Assembly (NCBI GenBank): GCA_030167145.1
Contig: CP126532.1
Span: 3,270,001 to 3,302,000 of the forward strand
Direction: 5' to 3'
From: Ktedonobacterales bacterium
GTDB taxonomy: Bacteria; Chloroflexota; Ktedonobacteria; Ktedonobacterales; JADMIN01
DNA: 32,000 bases
Part shown: one piece after another, positions 8,608 through 15,576 of the stretch
Numbering within the stretch: the first letter of the stretch is position 1
Layout of the letters: the number at the start of each line of letters is the position of its first letter
Position numbers and translations under genes: made by a program
The notes under the pieces: generated by a model
Seen by the model: only the letters and a program-made list of their open reading frames with translations
What the model was told of the DNA's origin: nothing
Databases searched by the model: none

Positions 8608-8624
8608 CGCCGGACGCCCCTACG
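8608..8624. repeat. copy 2 of the dispersed motif (GCCGGACGCCCCTACGA)
   Basis: This 17-nt string is identical to 14359..14375 minus its first base. It overlaps the stop codon (8620..8622) and the last codon of the aminotransferase gene. Confidence 0.7.
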
Positions 8625-9795
8625 AGTGGCGCTGGACGAAGTGACCGAGACGTTCGATGGCCTGTTCGATTTTGTCTTTGGCGGTGGCATAGGTGCAGCG
8701 GATGAAGCCTTCGCCCGCGCTGCCGAAGGCGCTGCCAGGGACGACGGCGACCTTTTCCTCGAAGAGCAGCTTTTCGGCAAACTCATCGGAGGTGAGGCCG
8801 GTGCGCGCTATCGAAGGAAAGGCGTAGAACGCGCCTTTGGGTTCATAGCAGGTGAGGCCGATGGCGTTGAGTCCGGCGACGAAGAGTTTGCGGCGCTCGT
8901 CGTAGCTGGCGGTCATCGCGCAGACATGCTCCTCGCCGTGCAGCAACGCTTCGAGTGCGGCGGCCTGGCTCATCGTCGGCGCGCACATGATGGCGTACTG
9001 GTGAATCTTGAGCATCGCTTCGAGGATGTGCTGTGGCGCGCAGACATAGCCAACACGCCAGCCGGTCATGGCGTAGGCCTTGGAGAAGCCGTCTACCAGA
9101 ATGGTGCGCTCGCGCATACCGGGCATGGCGGCGATGCTGATGTACTCCTGGCCGTAGACGAGGCGGCTGTAGACCTCGTCACTCAGCACGATCAGGTCGT
9201 GCTTGACGGCGAGCGCGGCGATCTTCTCTAGCTCGTCGCGGGCGATCACCGCGCCGGTGGGGTTGTTGGGGTTGCCCAGCAGCAGCACTTTGGAGCGCGG
9301 GGTGATAGCGTCGGCGATGGCGCTGGCCTTGACCTCGAAATCGTCGCTGACGCTGGTATGGACGGGCGCGACACTGCCGCCCGCGAAGACGACATCGGCT
9401 TCGTAGGCGACGTAGCCGGGGTCGGGGATCAGCACTTCATCGCCGGGATCGAGCAGGGCGCGCATGGCGGCGTCAATCGCCTCGCTGACGCCTACCGTCA
9501 CCATCACCTCGCTGGCGGGGTCATAGCTGACGCCGTAGCGGCTGGCGATGAGGCTGGCGATGGCGCGGCGCAGTTCGATGGTGCCGTAGTTGGAGGTGTA
9601 GTGCGTGTCGCCTTGCTCGATGGAGCGAATGCCAGCCTGGCGAATGTTGTCGGGCGTGACGAAATCGGGTTCGCCGACGCCAAGCGAGATGACGTCCGCC
9701 ATGGTGGCGGCGATGTCGAAGAACTTGCGGATGCCCGATGGCTTGACTGCGCGTACCCGCTGCGAGAGCATCTCGCGCTCGACCAGGCTGTCCAT
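8620..9795 (-). CDS. pyridoxal-phosphate-dependent aminotransferase, class I/II (aspartate/aromatic aminotransferase-like)
   Basis: VKPSGIRKFFDIA...ISLGVGEPDFVTP...YTSNYG...LLLGNPNNPTG...SDEVYSRL...VDGFSKAYAMTGWRVGY matches the class I pattern, including the SKxxxMTGWR lysine motif. I set the start at ATG 9795 (MDSLVERE..., GGAGGG upstream). The track start 9918 adds an implausible R/P/H-rich extension. Confidence 0.9.
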   Translation of the reverse strand: MDSLVEREMLSQRVRAVKPSGIRKFFDIAATMADVISLGVGEPDFVTPDNIRQAGIRSIEQGDTHYTSNYGTIELRRAIASLIASRYGVSYDPASEVMVTVGVSEAIDAAMRALLDPGDEVLIPDPGYVAYEADVVFAGGSVAPVHTSVSDDFEVKASAIADAITPRSKVLLLGNPNNPTGAVIARDELEKIAALAVKHDLIVLSDEVYSRLVYGQEYISIAAMPGMRERTILVDGFSKAYAMTGWRVGYVCAPQHILEAMLKIHQYAIMCAPTMSQAAALEALLHGEEHVCAMTASYDERRKLFVAGLNAIGLTCYEPKGAFYAFPSIARTGLTSDEFAEKLLFEEKVAVVPGSAFGSAGEGFIRCTYATAKDKIEQAIERLGHFVQRHS

Positions 9796-9916
9796 ACGAC
9801 GTGTAGCCCTCCTGCCCGGCCCCGACACAAGGCGCGCCGTTGCGCCTGCCGGTGGCTCCGAGCGATGCGAAAAGTGGGAGCGATGGGGCGCGGCGCGCGC
9901 CGTCTCCCCGCCGTGC

Positions 9917-9925
9917 ATGATAGCA
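9917..9925 (-). promoter_or_regulatory. possible extended -10 element (TGcTATCAT) for the aminotransferase gene
   Basis: The minus strand reads ggaatgTGcTATCATgcacgg. I found no good -35. Confidence 0.25.
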
Positions 9926-9989
9926 CATTCCGGGGTGTCGGGGCGATGGCAAAGAGGGGAGGGGAGATGCGAGGTGAAATGGCGCGGGG

Positions 9990-10065
<76 letters not shown>

Positions 10066-10103
10066 GTGGCCAGCCGCACGCTGGGGGCGCGCTGGCGAGC
10101 ATT

Positions 10104-10133
10104 AGTGTACCATCTCTGGCGTGGCGCTGTCAA
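10104..10133 (-). promoter_or_regulatory. tRNA-Phe promoter TTGACA-18 nt-TACACT with a TG extended -10
   Basis: The minus strand reads cgcgTTGACAgcgccacgccagagaTGgTACACTaatgc. The -10 ends about 38 nt upstream of the mature tRNA 5' end. Confidence 0.6.
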
Positions 10134-10154
10134 CGCGCGCCGATGTAGCAAGCG

Positions 10155-10178
10155 GCAGGAGCTTCATGAAGCTCCTGC
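10155..10178. terminator. perfect 24-nt palindrome just downstream of the TIR-membrane gene stop codon
   Basis: The sequence is gcaggagcttca|tgaagctcctgc. It sits 2 nt after the TGA (10181..10183, minus strand) and before the tRNA-Phe promoter. There is no U-tract. Confidence 0.5.
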
Positions 10179-10180
10179 GA

Positions 10181-11668
10181 TCAGTCGGAGGGTGAAGGGG
10201 TGGTGGCTGAGCCAGTGGGCGTGGTCACTTTCGCTCTCCGGTTCATGACATGATTGAGGCCATCAATGACCTCAACCGTACCCACAATGAGCAACATCAG
10301 GCCCAGGATGACCGCGCCGGCAATACGCCCAATGTATTCGCCGAGATGGCTTCCGATGACGGTAGATGGATTAGTATCGGTCTTGACGCCATTGTAGCCG
10401 TCCATAAATGACCTGACGCTGAATTCAACAGCGACTCCGATATAGTGGCCGAGGAAAGATCCAGCCAAGGCGCCGACCAAGACCCCAATGGCGCACAGGA
10501 TGATGCCGATGAGGATACCCGCAACCTGCCTGGCAGTAGGCTTCTTGGGCTTGAAAATACCGCGGAAGAATCGTTTGGTCTGAGCCTGGATATGCGGAAT
10601 GATGCGCTCGCTGAACAGTTTTCCAATCGCATCGCCCGCGTATCCGCCGCGACGCATGCCAATGATACCCACGATAATTGCGAGGAGGGCGGCCTCGGAG
10701 AGGCCGATTTGCGTTTGGCTAAACGATGTCAGGACATACTGAAAGATCAAGAGGACGACCATTGCTCCGACCATGAAACCGATGAAAGCCCCAAAACAGC
10801 CCAGGTCGTCTTCCGCGGTTATCATTGTCTGCCTGACGCGAAGGACCGCTCTCAGCGAGGCAAAGAATGGTACTTTGAGGGCGCCGCCCATGACGCCGCC
10901 CATGACGGCCCCAAGGAAGGCGGTAACGGCGACAACCCATGCGGGATTTACGCCATTGGGAATGTTTTCGACAATGCTCGCGAAGACGCCGATGTTGCCG
11001 CCAATCGCGAGTCCGATGAGTTCTCCGATGAGGATCCTGCGATTGAGCCGCTTCTTCCGTTGCTGCGCAGCAACCCGTTCTTGCCTATTCTTTTCGGTTC
11101 TGAGGAGTAACGCCTGTCGCTCTTGCTCGATGCGGGCCAATTCCGCTTGCCGCTCTTGTCCGAGCTGAAGCAATCGCTGCTGTTCTTCTTGTTCGCGTTG
11201 CCGTTCTTGCACATGCGATTGCACTTCGATAGCGTGGACAATCTTCTCGGCGTTGTCCTGGATGCTGGCGTCGCTGGAAATCTGCACGCCATTGTGCGAC
11301 TTGAGTGCGTCAATGTCTTCTGGCAGTTCTGGAAAGCTGGCGCCATCGAGCAGAATGGGGATAATGGGAATGGACTCACGTATTGCCAGCGCGATCTCGA
11401 CATGAACAAAGTCGCCAGGGTTATCAATGCGTCGTTCCGCGCTATTGGCTGGATTCGGCGCAGCCCATTGTGATCCGACAACCGCGAGTAGCACATCGCT
11501 GCTTTTGATATAGCGCTCGATTTCCTTGGGAAATATGACTCCTGGAAAGAACGAATCTAAGTCCATAATTATTTGTTCTTTGCCAAAGCGTTTGGCCAGT
11601 TCATCAAAAAGAGGTCTGCAAAATTGCGCGCTATCATCGCGCCGATAGGAAATGAAGATGGTCGGCAT
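10181..11668 (-). CDS. TIR domain - coiled coil - polytopic (about 6 TM) glycine-zipper membrane protein
   Basis: The N-terminus MPTIFISYRRDDSAQFCRPLFDELAKRFGKEQIIMDLDSFFPGVIFPKEIERYIKSSDVLLAVVGSQWA...DFVHVEIALAIRESIPIIPILLDG fits the TIR_2-type pattern. Next comes QERQREQEEQQRLLQLGQERQAELARIEQERQALLLRTEKNRQERVAAQQRKKR. Six hydrophobic G/A/I/V-rich segments follow, with GxxxG spacing (for example AFLGAVMGGVMGGAL and ILCAIGVLVGALAGSFLG). I place the start at ATG 11668 (GGAGGA 8 nt upstream); ATG 11683 is the alternative. Confidence 0.8.
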   Translation of the reverse strand: MPTIFISYRRDDSAQFCRPLFDELAKRFGKEQIIMDLDSFFPGVIFPKEIERYIKSSDVLLAVVGSQWAAPNPANSAERRIDNPGDFVHVEIALAIRESIPIIPILLDGASFPELPEDIDALKSHNGVQISSDASIQDNAEKIVHAIEVQSHVQERQREQEEQQRLLQLGQERQAELARIEQERQALLLRTEKNRQERVAAQQRKKRLNRRILIGELIGLAIGGNIGVFASIVENIPNGVNPAWVVAVTAFLGAVMGGVMGGALKVPFFASLRAVLRVRQTMITAEDDLGCFGAFIGFMVGAMVVLLIFQYVLTSFSQTQIGLSEAALLAIIVGIIGMRRGGYAGDAIGKLFSERIIPHIQAQTKRFFRGIFKPKKPTARQVAGILIGIILCAIGVLVGALAGSFLGHYIGVAVEFSVRSFMDGYNGVKTDTNPSTVIGSHLGEYIGRIAGAVILGLMLLIVGTVEVIDGLNHVMNRRAKVTTPTGSATTPSPSD

Positions 11669-11708
11669 AGATTCATCCTCCATAGGTCAATGTTGGCTTG
11701 TTGCCGAC

Positions 11709-11737
11709 AGTCTAGCAGATCATGGCGTCTCCGGCAA
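11709..11737 (-). promoter_or_regulatory. candidate promoter TTGCCG-17 nt-TAGACT for the TIR-membrane gene
   Basis: The minus strand reads cagcTTGCCGgagacgccatgatctgcTAGACTgtcggc, about 40 nt upstream of ATG 11668. Confidence 0.4.
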
Positions 11738-11856
11738 GCTGATAACGTAAGAGGAGGATGAGAAGACAGTACAACCTGGCATACAGCACTTTGCGTATGG
11801 CATACTTCAGGCACGAGTAGTTATGTAGCGAACGTGCGAAAAGAAGGCGGAACATC

Positions 11857-14262
11857 ATGGCGTCACTGCATATTTTTGTCAGCCACCACCGCACTGACGA
11901 TACCTTCTGCGCCGCGTTGGTTGAGGCGCTACAGAAGGCCGGGGCAGATATCTCTTATGATCGTGATAGCCTGGAGACCGCTGAGGCGCGTACACTACTT
12001 GAGCAGACGATTCGGCGGCGACCAGTGTTCGTGGTGGTGCTGTCACCCGATGCACTCGCCTCCGCACGAATCCGAGAAGAGTGTGAGTGGGCGTCTTCCC
12101 AATACATGCTGCATCCAGAACGTTCGCGGATCGTTTTGCAAGTAGTGGCGCGTGCGGTTGATGAAGAGCGTGTTTGGCCGACTCTATCAGCATTTGGCCG
12201 CCTTGAGGAAAGCCACAATACGCCATTGTCGCCAGAAGCGGCTATTCGCCATGCGCTCTCTCGTCTGGAACTCTCGCTTCCGGGCGAAGGACATACCACA
12301 CTGCCGGCCGACTCGTCTAGGCTAGAGCATCTCTTAGCGCGCGGAACAGCGCTCCGTTTACAATACCGATTTCAAGAAGCACAGAGCATCTACGAAACGG
12401 CGACAAAACTCGCGCCGGAATCTGTATCGGCCTGGAATGGTAAGGCGTGGGCATTGCTGAATTGCAATCAATTTGCCGAATCGCTGCTTGCGAGCGAAGA
12501 ATCCCTGAGGCGCGAGACGCAGGATGCGGTTGCCTGTACCTATAAGAGCGCGGCACTGGATAGCTTGAAGCGAACTGACGAAGCCCTGGCGTGTGCGGAG
12601 CAGGCGCTGAGCATTGACCCCAATCTAGCCCTCGCCTGGAATAACAAAGGCGTTATCCTCAATGAGTTACAGCGAACTGGCGAAGCGCTGGCGTGTTATG
12701 GCCGAGCGGCAGCCATTGACCCCAATTATGCTATCGTGTGGAGCAATCAGGGATGGGTTCTCATTGCCAGGCGGCAGTATGAAGAAGCTTTGGTCTATAT
12801 CGAGCGTGCGCTGGCCATTGACCCCAATCTGGCTCTCGCCTGGAATAACAAGGGAATTATTCTCGAGAACACGCAGCGTGCTGACGAGGCGCTGGCGTGT
12901 TATGACCACGCGCTGGCGCTTGACCCAGTCTCGGTCTTTGCCTGGACCAATAAGGGGTTCAATCTCAACACCGAGAAGCGCTATGAGGAAGCGCTGGCGT
13001 GTGTCGAGCAGGCGCTGGCGCTTGACCCTACGTACATTTTTGCCTGGAGTTGTAAGGGTGCTGTTCTGGACGGCATGCAGCGCTATGAAGAGGCGCTGGC
13101 GTGTGTTGAGCAGGCGCTGGCGCTCGACTCGAAGTCCGCTGCTATCTGGAACAGCAAAGGGGCTGCTCTCGACAGGTTGCGTCGCACCGAGGAAGCCCTT
13201 GCCTGTTATGACCAGGCGCTGGCGCTTGACCCCAACTTTGTTTTTGCCTGGAACAACAAGGGACTTCATCTCGGTAACGTACAGCGATATGAAGCCGCGC
13301 TACGTTGTTTTGATCAAGCCTTGGCCATTGACGCGAAAATGGCCATATCGTGGAGATATAAAGGCAATATACTCAACAAGTTAGAACGCTACGAGGCGGC
13401 GTTGCGTTGTTTTGACGAGGCCATAGCGCTTGATCCCAATGACCTGCGTGTCTGGAATGACAAAGGTGATGCGCTGAATAGCTCGCAACAATATGAAGAA
13501 GCCCTGGTGTGTTATGACCGTGTGCTGGCGCTTGATCCCAACAACCTGTATGCTTGGAATCATAAGGGAGATACGCTAAAAGCCTTAGAACGGTATGAAG
13601 AAGCGCTCGCAAGTTATGACCATGCACTGGCGAGTGATCCCCAAAGCATATACGCCTGGAACTCCAAGGGAGATGTGCTGTACACCTTACAACGCTATAA
13701 GGAGGCAGTGCGTTACTATGACCAGGTGATAGCGCTGGTTCCCATCAACATGTACGCGTGGAATGCCAAGGGGAACGCGCTTGAGCGCTTGCGGCGCTAT
13801 GATGAAGCTCTAGCTTGCTTCAACCATGTGCTGGACAGTGAACCCAACCACCTTTACGCCTTGTTTAGTAAGGCGCGGACCTACTTCATTGCGCACCAGT
13901 ATGAAAATGCGCTTGCCGCGTATGACGAGTACCTGATTCTGGAGCCAACTGATACTGCGGCATGGATCAACAAGGCTGACTCTCACCGACGATTGGAGCA
14001 GTATGAAGAGGCGCTGATCTGCTATGACCACGCGCTGCGTATCAATCCTCACTATGCGCCTGCCTACGTAGGCAAAGGCATCACCCTGAATGACACGAAG
14101 CGCTACAATGAGGCTCTCACCTGCTTTGACCAGGCGCTCGCCATTGATCCACTATCCTATGTTGCTTGGTATAACAAAGGGACGGCTCTGAAGAACCTGG
14201 GCAAGAGGAAGGAATCTAGCGACGCATATGAGCGCGCGAAGGAACTGGAAGCCATTTCGTAA
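11857..14262 (+). CDS. TIR domain protein with a C-terminal array of about 19 TPR repeats
   Basis: The N-terminus MASLHIFVSHHRTDDTFCAALVEALQKAGADISYDRDSLETAEARTLLEQTIRRRPVFVVVLSPDALASARIREECEWA fits the TIR_2-type pattern. From about aa 165 to the end there is a 34-aa periodicity with the consensus AWnnKGxxLxxLqRYEEALACYDqALALDPn. Confidence 0.85.
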   Translation: MASLHIFVSHHRTDDTFCAALVEALQKAGADISYDRDSLETAEARTLLEQTIRRRPVFVVVLSPDALASARIREECEWASSQYMLHPERSRIVLQVVARAVDEERVWPTLSAFGRLEESHNTPLSPEAAIRHALSRLELSLPGEGHTTLPADSSRLEHLLARGTALRLQYRFQEAQSIYETATKLAPESVSAWNGKAWALLNCNQFAESLLASEESLRRETQDAVACTYKSAALDSLKRTDEALACAEQALSIDPNLALAWNNKGVILNELQRTGEALACYGRAAAIDPNYAIVWSNQGWVLIARRQYEEALVYIERALAIDPNLALAWNNKGIILENTQRADEALACYDHALALDPVSVFAWTNKGFNLNTEKRYEEALACVEQALALDPTYIFAWSCKGAVLDGMQRYEEALACVEQALALDSKSAAIWNSKGAALDRLRRTEEALACYDQALALDPNFVFAWNNKGLHLGNVQRYEAALRCFDQALAIDAKMAISWRYKGNILNKLERYEAALRCFDEAIALDPNDLRVWNDKGDALNSSQQYEEALVCYDRVLALDPNNLYAWNHKGDTLKALERYEEALASYDHALASDPQSIYAWNSKGDVLYTLQRYKEAVRYYDQVIALVPINMYAWNAKGNALERLRRYDEALACFNHVLDSEPNHLYALFSKARTYFIAHQYENALAAYDEYLILEPTDTAAWINKADSHRRLEQYEEALICYDHALRINPHYAPAYVGKGITLNDTKRYNEALTCFDQALAIDPLSYVAWYNKGTALKNLGKRKESSDAYERAKELEAIS

Positions 14263-14336
14263 GGAGTTGGCTTCGCGTGAAGCTGGATTCCCTGGGCGCC
14301 AGGCGCGAGTAGTCGTGTTCGTTCACTTGTGGATGA

Positions 14337-14375
14337 GGCGTCCGGCGGACCGGTGCGTCGCCGGACGCCCCTACG
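14337..14375. terminator. 11-bp hairpin carrying copy 3 of the GGACGCCCCTACG motif, between convergent genes
   Basis: The hairpin is ggcgtccggcg(14337..14347)-11 nt-cgccggacgcc(14359..14369), followed by cctacga. It lies between the TPR gene stop (14262) and the arginase stop (14396). Confidence 0.55.
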
Positions 14376-14395
14376 ACTGTCGTATGGAGCGCATG

Positions 14396-15289
14396 TTAGT
14401 AGATGTGCTTGCCGGTGGCTGAGAGCGCTAGCTCGGTGGCGAGCAGGCCAGTTTTGTTTTGTTGGTCGAGGATGGGGTTGACTTCGACGAGGTCCATGCT
14501 GATGAGCTTGGCGCTTTCGGCGACGAGTTCCATGGCCAGGTGCGCTTCGCGGTAGGTCAGCCCGCCGGGGACGGGGGTGCCGACGCCGGGGGCTTCGGAG
14601 GGGTCCATTCCGTCGAGATCGAAGCTGACGTGCAAGCCGTTGGTGCCATCGGTGGCAAGGGCAATGGCCTGACGGGTGACGTCGTACATGCCCAGACGGT
14701 CAATATCGGCCATGGTGAAGACATGCACGCCCGCCTCACGCAGGAGCATGCGCTCGCCCACATCGAGGTCACGCGCGCCGACGATCACCACGCGCCGCGA
14801 TTGCAGCTCTGGCCCCTGCCCGGTGGCGTTGACGAGCGCGGGGTCGCCGTAGCCGTTGAGCGCGCCGAGGATCATGCCGTGGATGTTGCCGGATGGGGAG
14901 GTGTCGCTGGTATTGAAGTCGGCGTGGGCGTCGAACCAGATCACGCCGATCTCGCCGCGCGCATGGGCCACGCCGGCGATGGAGCCGAGGGCGATGCTGT
15001 GGTCGCCGCCGAGCACCAGCGGCAGCGAGCCGCCGCGCACCGCCGCTTCGGTTCGCGCGGCGAGATCGCGTGTGGCCACCAGGATGGGGTCGAGATATTT
15101 GAGCTTGTGGTTGCCTGGCTCGCGTGGGTCCGGCACCGGCACGGCGACCGTGCCTTGATCGCGCACGGTGTGGCCGAGTGCGCGCAGCTTTTCGTTCAAT
15201 CCGGCGTAGCGAATGGCGCTCGGTCCCATGTCTACGCCACGGCGATCCGCGCCGAGATCCATGGGGACGCCAATGATTGTGATGTCCAT
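14396..15289 (-). CDS. rocF: arginase
   Basis: The ORF is collinear with Bacillus RocF as I remember it: IIGVPMDLGADRRGVDMGPSAIRYAGL, PLVLGGDHSIALGS, GVIWFDAHADFNT..SPSGNIHGM, HVSFDLDGMDPSEAPGVGTPVPGGLTYREAHLAME and EVNPILDQQNKTG. Confidence 0.9.
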   Translation of the reverse strand: MDITIIGVPMDLGADRRGVDMGPSAIRYAGLNEKLRALGHTVRDQGTVAVPVPDPREPGNHKLKYLDPILVATRDLAARTEAAVRGGSLPLVLGGDHSIALGSIAGVAHARGEIGVIWFDAHADFNTSDTSPSGNIHGMILGALNGYGDPALVNATGQGPELQSRRVVIVGARDLDVGERMLLREAGVHVFTMADIDRLGMYDVTRQAIALATDGTNGLHVSFDLDGMDPSEAPGVGTPVPGGLTYREAHLAMELVAESAKLISMDLVEVNPILDQQNKTGLLATELALSATGKHIY

Positions 15290-15478
15290 CCGTGTACTTC
15301 CATTTGCTGGGGACGGGCGCCGTTGCCCGGTAGCGCCACCCTCAGCGCGTGAGGGGGTCGCCGCCGCATACTATACTGCTTCAGTGGAAAGGTGTCCAGC
15401 GGGCAATGCCGTCCGGTGGGGAGAGACGCCCACTCTGCATCAGGGCGCACAGTAGCCCATTGCGGCCATGCGCTATTG

Positions 15479-15494
15479 TGTGAACAAGGTCACA
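15479..15494. promoter_or_regulatory. perfect CRP/FNR-family consensus palindrome TGTGA-N6-TCACA
   Basis: The sequence is tgtga acaagg tcaca. A TATGGT -10 candidate at 15516..15521 places the site centre about 41-42 nt upstream of the implied transcription start, which is class II geometry. It lies 83 nt upstream of the GTG of paralog 1. Confidence 0.4.
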
Positions 15495-15576
15495 GACTGC
15501 GTAATCGGCTGGCTGTATGGTGAGTGAGGCGAACATGGCGAAGTGGCAATTCGCGTGAGGAGATAGGTGGTGGCTA

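Noticed and set aside
11777-11806. TGGCATAC repeated twice (11777 and 11798) in the TIR-TIR spacer; possible sigma54 -24/-12 promoter
   Set aside because: The spacing from GG to the following TTGC is about 3 nt too long for the -24/-12 consensus, and no bEBP gene is nearby. It might still be an operator, but I cannot support that.
11758-11820. 20-codon small ORF (MRRQYNLAYSTLRMAYFRHE) in the TIR-TIR spacer directly after GAGGAGG
   Set aside because: The Shine-Dalgarno-like sequence abuts the ATG with no spacer, and the peptide has no features. It is most likely a chance ORF in AT-richer DNA.
12600-14200. Regularly spaced nucleotide repeats that could be mistaken for a CRISPR or satellite array
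   Set aside because: The period is 102 bp (34 codons), lies entirely inside one long ORF and translates to TPR repeats. There is no repeat-spacer structure.
15339-15356. Small hairpin ccctca-gcgcg-tgaggg upstream of arginase as a regulatory element
   Set aside because: It has only a 6-bp stem and no associated promoter or conserved motif that I can identify, so it cannot be told apart from chance in GC-rich DNA.
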